A DNA stretch of 64,000 bases from an uncultured Alistipes sp. (GTDB lineage: Bacteria; Bacteroidota; Bacteroidia; Bacteroidales; Rikenellaceae): positions 10,553 through 74,552 of the forward strand of contig USCH01000003.1 of assembly GCA_900553175.1 (NCBI GenBank). The letters are read 5' to 3'. Shown piece by piece: positions 27,524-41,831 of this stretch (within the stretch, counting starts at the first letter, position 1; each line of letters starts with the position of its first letter). Made by a program: the position numbers and the translations under genes. The notes under the pieces are model-generated. The model did not search any database, was not told the origin of the DNA, and saw only the letters and a list, made by a program, of their open reading frames with translations.

Positions 27524-29197
27524 CTAATGTTCCGTCTTGATTTCGGTCGTCGGCCGGGTCTGCCCCTCCTCTTTCTTGCGGTTGTAGAGGAAGCGGCGGA
27601 TCTTCTGCGTCGGGGTCTTGATGAAACCATCCTTCTCCTCCACCACGTCCGAGATGCGCGAGAAACGGCTCACCTTGGCGTTGACGAACTCCATGATCTC
27701 CTTCTTGAGCTGCTCGGTCTTGGCCTCCCAGGCCTCCTTGTAGCTGTTCCATTCGTCGCGCCAGTTGTCGAGCATCGCTTCGATCTCGTCGCTGTTGAAA
27801 TGCACGAGCGCCACCAGACGCCCCTCCTGTTCGGTGACGAGCGAATCGGCGATGCATACGTGCGAGTTGAGCACGCTTTCGATGTCCTCGGGGTAGATGT
27901 TCTCGCCGCCCGGACCCAGAATCATGTTCTTGAGGCGTCCCTTGATGTAGAGACGTCCTTCGGCGTCCAGCTCGCCCAGGTCGCCCGTGCGGAACCAGCC
28001 GTCGGGGGTGATGACCTCGGCCGTCGCCTCGGGGTTCTTGTAGTATCCGAGCATGAGGCTCGGCGTGCGGGCCACGATTTCGCCCTGCCGGGTCTGGGGA
28101 TTGATGTTTTCGAGCCGCAGCTCCACGCCGGGGGCTGCGGGGCCCGTCGAGCCGAGGTGCACGTCGGCGGGGGCGGCACCGGCCAGCAGAGGCGCCGTTT
28201 CGGTGAGCCCGTACCCGATGGCGTAGGGAACGCGGGCTTCGAGCAGGAATTTTTCGGCGTCGCCGTTGAGTTTCGCGCCGCCGATGCCCAGGAATCGGAG
28301 TCTGCGGCCGAAGAGCTTCATGAGCTTCTTGCCGGCGACCCGATGGAGGTAGCGGCGGATGAAGCCGATGCGGTAGAGCGTGCGCCACGTGCGGTTGGAG
28401 GTGAATTTGGCCAGTACCTGATGGCGGTAGATCTTCTCGATGATGAGCGGCACGATGAGCATCACCGTGGGCCGCACGTTCTTCAGCGCGGGCATGAGGG
28501 CCGAGGCCGTGGGCGGACGGTCCAGATAGACGATTCGCGAGCCCATCGAGAAGGGGTAGATCAGACCGATCGAGCATTCGTAGGTGTGCGACAGGGGCAG
28601 CACCGAGAGGAACACGTCGTCGGTGTCGATGGGAAAGATGGCCGACGAGAGGTCGATCTGGCTGCACAGGGCCGCGTGGGTCAGCATCACGCCCTTGGGT
28701 TTGGCCGTGGTGCCCGAGGTGTAGATGATGGCGGCCAGGTCGTCGGGCTGCGGAATGGCCGTCGAGCCCTCTCCGCAGTGGCGCTGGGCGATGATGCCCA
28801 GGTTCTTGGTGCGCACCACCACGTTGAGCCGCTCGATCGTCGGCTTGGAGAGCTTGGTGAAGAGCTTGTCCGAGACGAGCAGCGCCCGGGCCTCGGAGTG
28901 TTCGATGATCATGTCCAGCTCCTCGCCCGAAAAGTCGGGCAGGATCGGCACGACGACCATGCCGGCCGACGTGACGGCGAAGTAGCAGATGCCCCAGTTG
29001 GGCATGTTGCTGCTCAGCAGCGCGACCTTGTCGCCCGCGCGGAGACCCGCGCCGGTGAGGATTCGCTGCACTTTTTCGATGCGGCGGCCCGCTTCGGCGT
29101 AGGTGACCTCCTCGCCTCCGAACATCGAAAAGGCGACTTTCGGAGCGAAGCGTTCCACGCTGTTGCGAACCAGTTCGCAGAGGGTATGTATTGCCAT
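27524..29197 (-). CDS. fadD: Long-chain fatty acid-CoA ligase (AMP-binding)
   Basis: IIYTSGTTAKPKGVMLTH, GYGLTET, WFRTGDLG and GRLKNMI motifs. Confidence 0.9.
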   Translation of the reverse strand: MAIHTLCELVRNSVERFAPKVAFSMFGGEEVTYAEAGRRIEKVQRILTGAGLRAGDKVALLSSNMPNWGICYFAVTSAGMVVVPILPDFSGEELDMIIEHSEARALLVSDKLFTKLSKPTIERLNVVVRTKNLGIIAQRHCGEGSTAIPQPDDLAAIIYTSGTTAKPKGVMLTHAALCSQIDLSSAIFPIDTDDVFLSVLPLSHTYECSIGLIYPFSMGSRIVYLDRPPTASALMPALKNVRPTVMLIVPLIIEKIYRHQVLAKFTSNRTWRTLYRIGFIRRYLHRVAGKKLMKLFGRRLRFLGIGGAKLNGDAEKFLLEARVPYAIGYGLTETAPLLAGAAPADVHLGSTGPAAPGVELRLENINPQTRQGEIVARTPSLMLGYYKNPEATAEVITPDGWFRTGDLGELDAEGRLYIKGRLKNMILGPGGENIYPEDIESVLNSHVCIADSLVTEQEGRLVALVHFNSDEIEAMLDNWRDEWNSYKEAWEAKTEQLKKEIMEFVNAKVSRFSRISDVVEEKDGFIKTPTQKIRRFLYNRKKEEGQTRPTTEIKTEH

Positions 29198-29295
29198 GTC
29201 CGTTCGTGTTGTCGTGCGTCGTGAAAACGCGAAAATACGGGTCAAAATTACTAAATTCCGGCTAAAAAACACTATTTTTGACGTAAAATATCGAA

Positions 29296-30201
29296 ATGAT
29301 CGAATATGACGTCATCCGGGAATTGGCCTTCGAAGCGGGTTTCGACCTCTGCGGCGTGACTTCGTGCCGCCGTCTGGAACGCAACGAAGCGTGGTTCGGC
29401 GAGTGGCTGCGGCGAGGCTACCAGGCTTCGCTCGGCTACATGGAGCGCAATGCCGGCAAGCGCTTCGATCCGCGGCTGCTGGTCGAGGGGGCGGCGACGG
29501 CGGCGGTCTGCGCCGTGGGGTACAAGAACCCGGTCGGCGAGGGCTACCCCGAAGGGCATCGCACCAAGGTGGCGTCGTATGCCTGCGCGGCGGACTACCA
29601 CACGACCATCCGCGCCATGCTGGAACGCGTGCTGGCGGGGCTTCGGGAGCGGTATCCCGGTCTCGGAGGGCGTGCTTTCGTCGACACGGCGCCGCTGGCC
29701 GAGAAACAGCTGGCCGTCGAGGCCGGGCTGGGGTGGATCGGCCGGCAGTCGCTGCTCGTGACGCCCCGGCTGGGCACCTATGTATTGTTGGGCGAGCTGC
29801 TGCTGTGCGACGAAGCCGACCGTTACGATCCGCCTTTCGAGGGGTCGCGCTGCGGCCGCTGCGGCAACTGCGTCGAGAGCTGCCCCACGGGGGCGATCGT
29901 CTCTCCGCGCGTGGTCGATGCGGGACGCTGCATTTCGTGCCATACGATCGAGCGGGAGCCCTCCGGCAAGGTCGGCCTCGACGGCTGGATCTTCGGATGC
30001 GACGCCTGCCAGAGCTGCTGTCCCTACAACCGCAAGGCCCCCATGCACCGCAACCGGGCGTTCGATCCCCTTTTCGATCCGCGGACGATGGATACCGCCG
30101 AATGGCTGGCGATGGACGAAGCGGAGTTCGGGGAGCGGATGGGCGCTACGCCGCTCGTGCGCAGCGGCCTGAGGCGGATTCAGCGCAATATTTCGGAATA
30201 G
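29296..30201 (+). CDS. queG: tRNA epoxyqueuosine(34) reductase QueG
   Basis: DYH, FVDTAPLAEK, AGLGWIG, CGRCGNCVESCPTGA, DAGRCIS and FGCDACQSCCPYN motifs. Confidence 0.93.
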   Translation: MIEYDVIRELAFEAGFDLCGVTSCRRLERNEAWFGEWLRRGYQASLGYMERNAGKRFDPRLLVEGAATAAVCAVGYKNPVGEGYPEGHRTKVASYACAADYHTTIRAMLERVLAGLRERYPGLGGRAFVDTAPLAEKQLAVEAGLGWIGRQSLLVTPRLGTYVLLGELLLCDEADRYDPPFEGSRCGRCGNCVESCPTGAIVSPRVVDAGRCISCHTIEREPSGKVGLDGWIFGCDACQSCCPYNRKAPMHRNRAFDPLFDPRTMDTAEWLAMDEAEFGERMGATPLVRSGLRRIQRNISE

Positions 30202-30204
30202 GAA

Positions 30205-30231
30205 GGGGCGGCACCCGTCAGGTGCCGCCCC
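30205..30231. terminator. Hairpin between convergent queG and nupG
   Basis: GGGGCGGCACC-CGTCA-GGTGCCGCCCC. Confidence 0.65.
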
Positions 30232-30257
30232 GAAACATGCGTGCCGGAAGTTCCCGG

Positions 30258-31541
30258 TCAATGCTTCGCCTCCGCCACGGCGGCCGGATCGTGCCGGTAT
30301 TTGAAGACCAGCGCGAAGACCACGGCCACGCACAGCGCATAGCCTGCGAAGATCAGCCACGATGTCGACCAGCCCTCCATCTGCGCCACGGCCGATTCGT
30401 GGGAGAAGACGAACCGGTCGACCACGGCCTGGGCGCCGAGCGTGCCGATCGTGGCTCCGATGCCGTTGGTCATGATCATGAAGAGGCCCTGCGCCGACGA
30501 GCGGATCGAGGCGTCGGTCTCGTTGTTGACGAACAGCGATCCCGAGATGTTGAAAAAGTCGAACGCCACGCCGTAGACGATCATCGAGAGGATGAACATC
30601 CAGAGGCCCCGGCCCGGGTTGCCCAGCCCGAAGAGCCCGAAGCGCAGCACCCACGCGAACATGGCCATGAGCATCACGTTCTTGATGCCGAACCGTTTCA
30701 GGCAGAACGGAATGAGCAGGATGCAGAGCGTTTCGGAGACCTGCGAGAGCGAGATGAGCGCATTGGCGTGGTTGGCGCCGAAGGACGAGGCGTATTCCGG
30801 AATCTCGCGGAACAGGGTGAGGAACGGATTGGCGAAGCCGTTGGTGATTTGCAGCGAGACACCCAGCAGCATCGAGAAGATGAAGAAGAGGGCCATCTTC
30901 CGCTGTTTGAAAAGTGCGAACGCCCGCAGTCCGAGCGCTTCGACGAGGCTTTTCTTCTCGCCGCCGCGGCTGACGGGGCATTCGGGCAGCGAGAAAGCGT
31001 AGAGCCCCAGCACGAGCCCCAGCGCGGCGCACTGCACGAACTGCATGTAGGTGGTCTGGAACCCCGTGAAGTCGCACACGAGCATCGAGCAGATGAAGCC
31101 CACGGTGCCCCATACGCGGATCGGGGGGAAGTCCTTCACCGTGTCGAGCCCCTTGCTTTCCAGCACGGAGTAGGCCACCGAGTTCGACAGGGCGATGGTC
31201 GGCATGTAGAAAGCCACGCTCAGCGAATAGAGGGCGAAAAGCGGGGCGAACTGCACTCCGGGGCCGCTCGCCGTTGCGGCGTAATATCCTGCGGCGCCCA
31301 TGAACAGGGCTGCCAGCAGGTGGCAGATGCCCAGCAGCCGCTGGGCCGGCACCCAGCGGTCGGCGATGATGCCGATCACGGCGGGCATGAACAGAGAGAC
31401 GATGCCCTGCATGGCGTAGAAGATGCCGATGTGCGCGGATAGGCCCGCTCCGCTCAGATACGTTCCCATCGAGGTGAGGTAGGCTCCCCAGATGGCGTAC
31501 TGAAGGAAGTTCATCAGGACAAGGCGGAATTTGATACCCAT
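30258..31541 (-). CDS. nupG: Nucleoside:H+ symporter (NupG/XapB-like MFS)
   Basis: MNFLQYAIWGAY, MPTIALSNSVAY, DFPPIRVWGTVGFI, SQVSE and YGVAFDFFNISG motifs; TACTTTTG promoter at 31603-31610 (-). Confidence 0.88.
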   Translation of the reverse strand: MGIKFRLVLMNFLQYAIWGAYLTSMGTYLSGAGLSAHIGIFYAMQGIVSLFMPAVIGIIADRWVPAQRLLGICHLLAALFMGAAGYYAATASGPGVQFAPLFALYSLSVAFYMPTIALSNSVAYSVLESKGLDTVKDFPPIRVWGTVGFICSMLVCDFTGFQTTYMQFVQCAALGLVLGLYAFSLPECPVSRGGEKKSLVEALGLRAFALFKQRKMALFFIFSMLLGVSLQITNGFANPFLTLFREIPEYASSFGANHANALISLSQVSETLCILLIPFCLKRFGIKNVMLMAMFAWVLRFGLFGLGNPGRGLWMFILSMIVYGVAFDFFNISGSLFVNNETDASIRSSAQGLFMIMTNGIGATIGTLGAQAVVDRFVFSHESAVAQMEGWSTSWLIFAGYALCVAVVFALVFKYRHDPAAVAEAKH

Positions 31542-31631
31542 AAACGATTGATTTTATTTGTATTCGATGTCGTCTTGGTCGGGCGCCCGAAGGCGGTTAG
31601 AACAAAAGTACGAATTTTTTCGGGAAAATTC

Positions 31632-31662
31632 TTTGCAATTGAAAAATAAAGTTCTACTTTTG
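31632..31662 (+). promoter_or_regulatory. Consensus Bacteroidota sigma-A promoter for tRNA-Gln
   Basis: TTTG (31632-31635), 19-nt spacer, TACTTTTG (31655-31662). Confidence 0.8.
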
Positions 31663-31678
31663 CATCACCGAAACGCAT

Positions 31679-31749
31679 TGAGCTATGGTGTAACGGTAAC
31701 ACAACAGATTCTGGTCCTGTTATTCCAGGTTCGAATCCTGGTAGCTCAA
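31679..31749 (+). tRNA. tRNA-Gln (anticodon CTG); CCA not encoded
   Basis: Acceptor TGAGCTA/TAGCTCA; D arm GTGT/ACAC; anticodon loop TTCTGGT; T arm CCAGG-TTCGAAT-CCTGG. Confidence 0.95.
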
Positions 31750-31753
31750 CTAC

Positions 31754-31785
31754 AAAAAACTCTCCGCAGTCGCCGGAGAGTTTTT
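31754..31785 (+). terminator. Intrinsic terminator after the tRNA
   Basis: AAAAAACTCTCCG-CAGTCGC-CGGAGAGTTTTT. Confidence 0.8.
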
Positions 31786-32089
31786 CCGTTTCCGGGGGGG
31801 CAGGTTCCGGGCGCGGCTCCGGAGGTCCGGGGCGCCGTCGCAGGCTTTTGAGGCGCTGGCGCGATTCTCCGATGCGGGACGGCTCCTCGGGAGACGCCGG
31901 ATTCCGGGTGTCGCCGGTTCCCGGGTGTGTGGGTGTTTCCTCCGGAACGCTGGCTTCGGGGAAACGCTGCGCTTCGGAGGAGGCTGCGCGGACTTTCGTC
32001 GGCTGCCGGCCCGGAACGGCTCCGCCCCTGTGCGAAAAGCCCACTTTCCGTCGGTTCGGAAAGCGGGCCTTGTGCACGATGCCGGTATC

Positions 32090-33073
32090 CTATTTCAGCG
32101 GATCGGCTTCGACCCCGTCGAAAGTCATCTTCACGGGCAGGATGTCGCCGTCGGGAGCGAATTCCAGCCGTTCGATGCAGGTCACGCGGTCGTTGTGGTC
32201 GGAGGCTTCCAGCGGATGACGGTGGTAGACGATGTAATAGTTGCCGCTCCGCGGATTGCGGATCACCGAATGGTGCCCCGCTCCGGTCGCCACCTCGGGG
32301 TCGGTGCCCAGGAGCGTGCCCCGGCGCACGAAAGGCCCCAGCGGCGAATCGGCGATGGCGTAGGCCACGCAGTAGTCGGGGCCTCCCCAGTCGTTTTCCG
32401 ACCACATGAAGTAGTATTTGCCCCCGCGCAGGAACAGGAAAGGTCCTTCGGTGTAGTTCTCGGGGGTCACTTCGCGGAAGAGCGTGCCGTCGTCGAACGG
32501 TACGAGGCTGCGGAAGTCGTCGCTCAACCGGACGACGTTGCAGCGGCCCCAGCCGCCGTAGTACATGTACCACGTGCCGTCCGTGTCGCGGAAGACGAAC
32601 TGGTCGATGGGTTGCGCTCCGCCCTCGATCGTGCCGATGAGCGGCCGGCCCAGATAGTCCTCGAACGGTCCGGCCGGATGGTCGGCCACGGCCACGCCGA
32701 TGCCGCCCGTTTCACCCTCGTGGATGTTGTTGGCGCCGAAGAAGAGGTAATACCGGCCCTCTTTCTCCACTACGGCCGGAGCCCACAGCGCGTGGGTCAG
32801 CCAGCCGATGCGCCGGTTGTCCACGATGCGTTCGTGACGGGTCCAGTGCACCAGGTCCTCCGACGAGAAGCAGTCGAAATGGAGCTGCTGGCTGAACGGC
32901 TCCGAGCAGGTCGGATAGATCCAGTAGGTGTCGCCGAAGACGACCCCTTCGGGATCGGCGTAGCGCCCCTCGAAGAGCGGATTGCCCGATTTTTCCGGGG
33001 CGCAGGCGCACAGCGCGCACAGCGCGGCGAGCGGTGCGAGGCGGCGCAAGAGTGTCGGGGCTGCGGTTTTCAT
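32090..33073 (-). CDS. Glycoside hydrolase family 43 lipoprotein
   Basis: Lipobox LCAC; NPLFEGRYADP, LWAP, PIDQFVF, YTEGPF and GHHSV motifs. Confidence 0.9.
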   Translation of the reverse strand: MKTAAPTLLRRLAPLAALCALCACAPEKSGNPLFEGRYADPEGVVFGDTYWIYPTCSEPFSQQLHFDCFSSEDLVHWTRHERIVDNRRIGWLTHALWAPAVVEKEGRYYLFFGANNIHEGETGGIGVAVADHPAGPFEDYLGRPLIGTIEGGAQPIDQFVFRDTDGTWYMYYGGWGRCNVVRLSDDFRSLVPFDDGTLFREVTPENYTEGPFLFLRGGKYYFMWSENDWGGPDYCVAYAIADSPLGPFVRRGTLLGTDPEVATGAGHHSVIRNPRSGNYYIVYHRHPLEASDHNDRVTCIERLEFAPDGDILPVKMTFDGVEADPLK

Positions 33074-33108
33074 GCGTGTCGGAGCGCGGAATGCGGGTTC
33101 GCTCTTTT

Positions 33109-35232
<2,124 letters not shown>

Positions 35233-35267
35233 GGGTCGGGTGCTGTAGGGTCTCTTCATGGGGTGTG

Positions 35268-37445
<2,178 letters not shown>

Positions 37446-37561
37446 CGTCGGATGTTCCAAATTCATCTATTTTATGTACCTTTGCGGGCGATCCGGGGGC
37501 GGAATCCGTTTTGCCGTCCCTCGCTCCGCGTCTTGGCAAAGTTAGGAAATAAATAAGAGGT

Positions 37562-38299
37562 ATGCAACTTTTTTACGCTCCCGGCTTCGTGCCGCCCGTC
37601 CATACGCTCGACGAGGAGGAGTCGCGGCACTGCGTGCGCGTCCTGCGCCTGAAGGAGGGCGACGGGCTCCATCTGACCGACGGCCGGGGCAATCTCTATG
37701 CCTGCCGGATCGTCCGGGCCGATGCGCGCGGATGCCGGGTCGAGGCGGTGGACGTGCAGCGCGGCTTCGAACCCCTGCCCGCGGCGCTGACGCTTGCCGT
37801 GGCCCCCACCAAGAACGCCGAGCGCTTCGAATGGATGCTCGAAAAGGTCACCGAGGTGGGCGTCTCGCGCATCGTTCCCGTCGAGAGCGAACACAGCGAG
37901 CGCCGCATCTTCAAGGCGGCGCGGGGCGAGAAGGTGATCACCGCGGCCATGAAACAGTCGCTCAAGGCGTGGCGCCCCGTGCTGGAGCCGCTGACGCCCT
38001 TCGACGAGGTGCTGGCCGCTCCGTTCGAGGGCCGGCGTTTCATCGCCCATTGCGCGGCGGCGCGCTCCGCGGCGGGCAAGAGCTATCTGCCTGCGGCGCT
38101 GCGGCCCGGCGAGGCGGCTCTGGTGCTGATCGGCCCCGAGGGCGATTTTTCCGAGGCGGAGATCGACCGGGCGCTGGCCTGCGGATTCGCGGAGATCACC
38201 CTCGGCAGCCAGCGGCTGCGCACCGAGACGGCCGGCCTCGCGGCGGCGGTGATGGTCTCGGTGGTGAACGGTATGCAACAACACTCATCCATGGAATAA
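37562..38299 (+). CDS. rsmE: 16S rRNA m3U1498 methyltransferase RsmE
   Basis: HCVRVLRL, EKVTEVGV, LIGPEGDF and LGSQRLRTETA (SPOUT) motifs. Confidence 0.95.
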   Translation: MQLFYAPGFVPPVHTLDEEESRHCVRVLRLKEGDGLHLTDGRGNLYACRIVRADARGCRVEAVDVQRGFEPLPAALTLAVAPTKNAERFEWMLEKVTEVGVSRIVPVESEHSERRIFKAARGEKVITAAMKQSLKAWRPVLEPLTPFDEVLAAPFEGRRFIAHCAAARSAAGKSYLPAALRPGEAALVLIGPEGDFSEAEIDRALACGFAEITLGSQRLRTETAGLAAAVMVSVVNGMQQHSSME

Positions 38300-38302
38300 A
38301 AC

Positions 38303-40279
38303 ATGCTTTTCGTCTTCATTTCGATATGGATCGCCACCGTTGCGGCGGCCCTGTTCGCCGTTCCGCTTCGCGCCAAGGTCTGGACGGCCGTCGCGGCCGT
38401 CGGCATCGGCGCCCTCTGCTTTTCGGTTCCGGCCGTCGGCGTGCTGGCCGGCGGGGATGCGCTCGGCTGGAGCACGGCGACCCTTTTCGGCAGCGAATAC
38501 CTGCGCATGGATGCCCTGTCGGCCTTCTTCGTGCTGCTCGTGTCGCTGGGCGGGGTCTCCTCGACGCTCTATTCGCGCGGCTATCTGGCCGGCGAACTGG
38601 ACCGCAAGTCGCCGGCGCACGTCTCGCTGCACTACACGGCGCTCGTGGTGATGTTCTACGCCATGCTGGGCGTGGTGCTCGCCGACGGCGGCTACACGTT
38701 TCTCTTTTTCTGGGAGCTGATGACCGTGGCCTCGTTCCTGCTCGTGCTTTTCGACGCCGAACGGCGCGAGGTGCGGCGGGCCGCGCTCTCCTACCTCATC
38801 ATGATGCATGTGGGCTTCGTGCTGCTGGTGGTGGGCTTCGTGCTGCTGGATACGCTCGCCGGTTCGGCGTCGTTCGCCTCGCTGCCCGCCGCACTCTCCT
38901 CGGAGAGGGCGCTGCCGCTGTTCCTGGTCTTTCTGGCGGGCTTCGGCATGAAGGCGGGCCTCTTTCCGATGCATGTCTGGCTGCCGGAGGCGCATCCGGC
39001 GGCTCCGTCGCATGTCTCGGCCCTCATGTCGGGCGTGATGATCAAGACGGGCGTCTACGGGCTGTTGCGCGTGGCCGAGGCGCTGCAAGGCGCGCCGCTG
39101 CTGCGCACCGCGGGTTTCGTGCTTCTTTTCGCCGGGATCGTCACGGGGCTGTGGGGCGTGATTCTGGCCGCTTCGCAGAACGACGTGAAGCGGCTGCTGG
39201 CCTATTCGTCGATCGAAAACGTCGGCATCGTCCTGCTCGGCATGGGCGTGGCGCTGCTGGGCGAGGCCGCGGGCAGCAGAACCGTTGCGCTGTGCGGGCT
39301 GACGGGGGCGCTGCTGCATGTGTTCAACCACTCCTGCTTCAAGTCGCTGCTCTTCTACGGCGCCGGCAACATCCTCACGCAGACGCGCACCCTCTCGCTC
39401 GACGCGCTGGGCGGCGTAGCCCGGCACATGCCCCTCACGGCGCTGCTCTTTCTTGTCGGCACGGCGGCCATCTGCGCCCTGCCGCCCCTGAGCGGCTTCG
39501 TGTCGGAAATGGCGATCTATCTGGGCCTTTTCGAGGGGATCGCCGCGGGTTGCGAGCCGCTCGCCGCTGGGGCCGCGACGGTCGCTCTGGCCGTGATCGG
39601 CGGCATTGCGGTGCTGGCCTTCACCAAACTCTACGGCACGGTGTTCCTCGGCTCGCCGCGCAGCCACGAGGTGGCCGAGGCCGTCGAGGTCGACAACTAC
39701 CGCATCGCGGCCATGGCCCTGCCGCTTGCGGGCATTCTCCTCGTGGGGCTCTTTCCCCGGGCGGCCGTGGACGTCGCGGCCCGTGTGGCCGCCGGATTCT
39801 TCCGCGGCGGCGTGCCCGCCTGGCAGCTGCCGCCCGTTTTCGCGGCTGTCGGCCGGACGATGTGGCTGCTCATCGGGATCGTCGCCCTGCTGGCGTGGGG
39901 CCGGCATCGCCTGCTGCGCGGCCGCTCCGTCGGACGGGGGCCCACCTGGGGCTGCGGCTTCACGTCGCCGAACGTGCGCATGCAGTATACGGGCGAGTCG
40001 TTCGCCGAGGGTTTGCAGTCGGTCCTGCCGTCGCTCTCCCAGCAGCGCATCGACGGCGGCTGCGTGGCGAAGGGCGAGATCTTCCCGGCCGACCACCGCT
40101 TCGACATCGAGCGCAAGGACCGCATCGACCGCCTCTTCACGGCGTGGTGGGTCGAGCTGCTGCGGCAGATCAACCAGCGCGTCATGCGCCTGCGCACGGG
40201 CAAGATCAATCACTATCTGCTCTTCGCGCTGGCGTTCCTGGGCCTCGTCTTCGTTTTGTCGGCTTTGAATCTGATCTGA
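38303..40279 (+). CDS. Hydrogenase-4 component B-like antiporter subunit (NuoL/M/N family; Ehr)
   Basis: FWELMT, KAGLFPMHVWLPEAHPAAPSHVSALMSG, KRLLAYSSIEN and TWGCGF motifs. Confidence 0.9.
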   Translation: MLFVFISIWIATVAAALFAVPLRAKVWTAVAAVGIGALCFSVPAVGVLAGGDALGWSTATLFGSEYLRMDALSAFFVLLVSLGGVSSTLYSRGYLAGELDRKSPAHVSLHYTALVVMFYAMLGVVLADGGYTFLFFWELMTVASFLLVLFDAERREVRRAALSYLIMMHVGFVLLVVGFVLLDTLAGSASFASLPAALSSERALPLFLVFLAGFGMKAGLFPMHVWLPEAHPAAPSHVSALMSGVMIKTGVYGLLRVAEALQGAPLLRTAGFVLLFAGIVTGLWGVILAASQNDVKRLLAYSSIENVGIVLLGMGVALLGEAAGSRTVALCGLTGALLHVFNHSCFKSLLFYGAGNILTQTRTLSLDALGGVARHMPLTALLFLVGTAAICALPPLSGFVSEMAIYLGLFEGIAAGCEPLAAGAATVALAVIGGIAVLAFTKLYGTVFLGSPRSHEVAEAVEVDNYRIAAMALPLAGILLVGLFPRAAVDVAARVAAGFFRGGVPAWQLPPVFAAVGRTMWLLIGIVALLAWGRHRLLRGRSVGRGPTWGCGFTSPNVRMQYTGESFAEGLQSVLPSLSQQRIDGGCVAKGEIFPADHRFDIERKDRIDRLFTAWWVELLRQINQRVMRLRTGKINHYLLFALAFLGLVFVLSALNLI

Positions 40280-40283
40280 TACC

Positions 40284-41201
40284 ATGCTTGCCTTGTTCAA
40301 CACCTTGCTGCTGCTTGCGGTGGCCGCCGCCATTCCCGGATTCATCAACCGCATCCGGGCCCGTCTGGCCGGACGCCGGGGCATCCGTTTCCTGCAGCAC
40401 CTCTACGACGTGCGGCTGCTCCTGCGCAAGGGCGGCGTCCGCTCCACGACGACGACGGCGCTTTTCCGCACGGCACCGTCGGTCGTGCTGGGCACGTCGG
40501 CCGTCGCCGCGCTGATGGTCCCCGTGGGCGACCTCCCTGCGGTGCTCTCGTTCGAGGGCGACTTCGTTCTGCTGGCCTATCTGCTGGCGCTGGGCCGTTT
40601 CTCCCTCATTCTGGCGGCCATGGACACCGGATCGTCGTTCGAGGGCATGGGGGCCAGCCGCGAGGCGCTCTACGGAGCGCTGGTCGAACCCGCCCTGATG
40701 CTTTCGTTCGGCACGCTGGCCCTCCTGACCGGGCACACGTCGTTCGCCTCGGTCTTCGCTGCCGGTGCCGCCTGGGAGACCCAGGCGGCCGTCGCGCTGC
40801 TGCTCACGGCCTACGTGCTGGTGAAAATCACCGTCGTCGAGAGCGGCCGCATCCCCGTGGACGATCCCCGCACCCACCTCGAGCTGACGATGATCCATGA
40901 AGTCATGTGCCTGGATTGCTGTGGTGTCGACCTGGCGGCGATCCGCATCGGAGGCTGGCTCAAGACGGCGGTCTTTTCGGTGCTGGCCGCCGACGTCTTC
41001 GCGGCCGCGGCGGGCTCCCGCTGGTGGATCGCGGCTCCTGCGGCGGTGCTTCTCTGCTCGCTCACGGTGGGCGTGACCGAATCGATCCGGGCCCGCAACA
41101 AACTCTCGCGCAACACCACCTACATCCTCACCGTCGCGGCTCTGGCGGCCCTGGCTTTCTTCACGGCCTATCTGCTGCGGCTCAACATCCCGCTCGAATG
41201 A
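40284..41201 (+). CDS. HyfC/NuoH-like membrane subunit (Ehr)
   Basis: AAMDTGSSFEGMGASRE and ESGRIPVDDPRTHLELTMIHEVM motifs. Confidence 0.9.
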   Translation: MLALFNTLLLLAVAAAIPGFINRIRARLAGRRGIRFLQHLYDVRLLLRKGGVRSTTTTALFRTAPSVVLGTSAVAALMVPVGDLPAVLSFEGDFVLLAYLLALGRFSLILAAMDTGSSFEGMGASREALYGALVEPALMLSFGTLALLTGHTSFASVFAAGAAWETQAAVALLLTAYVLVKITVVESGRIPVDDPRTHLELTMIHEVMCLDCCGVDLAAIRIGGWLKTAVFSVLAADVFAAAAGSRWWIAAPAAVLLCSLTVGVTESIRARNKLSRNTTYILTVAALAALAFFTAYLLRLNIPLE

Positions 41202-41827
41202 CACTCTCGCTGCTGATTCTCTATGTCGTGACGCTCGTCTACCTGTCGATCACCGAGCGTTTCCGCAACTTCGCCTCGATCGTGGCGCTGCAAGGCTGGC
41301 TGCTGTTCGCCGTCGCCCTGCTGCGCCTGCACGCCATCGCGCCTCTCGAACTGGCGTTCATCGCTCTGGAAACGCTGATCTTCAAGGCGCTGGTCGTTCC
41401 GGCCATCCTCTATGCCGTCATCCGCCGCACGAAGATCAACCGGGTGCGCACGTCGGGTTCGTCGCAGTTCCATTCGCTGCTCCTGTCGCTGGCGGCGCTC
41501 GCCGTGAGCGTGTCGGTCACCTACTACGTGGCCGACGCGTCGGTCGATCCGCTCTTTTTCGGCGTGGCGCTCTATGCGCTGCTGAGCGGGTTGATTCTCA
41601 TCGTGCTGCGTTCGCGCCTCTTCGCCCACATGGTGGGATTTCTGGTGATCGAGAACGGCGTGTTCCTCTTTTCGACGGCCATCGGCGTCGAGATGCCCTT
41701 CCTCATCAATTTCGCCATTCTGCTCGACATCCTCATGTCGGTGCTGATGCTGGGCATCTTCTTCACCCGCATCGACGGCGAAATACATGCCGACGATGCC
41801 GATTCGCTCACCCACGTAAAGGATTGA
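41198..41827 (+). CDS. HyfE-like membrane subunit (Ehr)
   Basis: ALQGWLL, KALVVPAIL, GFLVIENGVFL and EMPF motifs; ATGA overlap. Confidence 0.85.
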   Translation: MTLSLLILYVVTLVYLSITERFRNFASIVALQGWLLFAVALLRLHAIAPLELAFIALETLIFKALVVPAILYAVIRRTKINRVRTSGSSQFHSLLLSLAALAVSVSVTYYVADASVDPLFFGVALYALLSGLILIVLRSRLFAHMVGFLVIENGVFLFSTAIGVEMPFLINFAILLDILMSVLMLGIFFTRIDGEIHADDADSLTHVKD

Positions 41828-41831
41828 CCGC

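Noticed and set aside
23716..27630. 1304-aa antisense ORF and many similar long antisense ORFs (e.g. 3227-5653, 16171-18429, 47853-51095)
   Set aside because: These are mirror frames of real genes caused by GC3 codon bias and carry no recognisable motifs.
31750..32089. Integrative element at tRNA-Gln
   Set aside because: No integrase, no duplicated tRNA 3' end seen in the window, and no obvious compositional shift.
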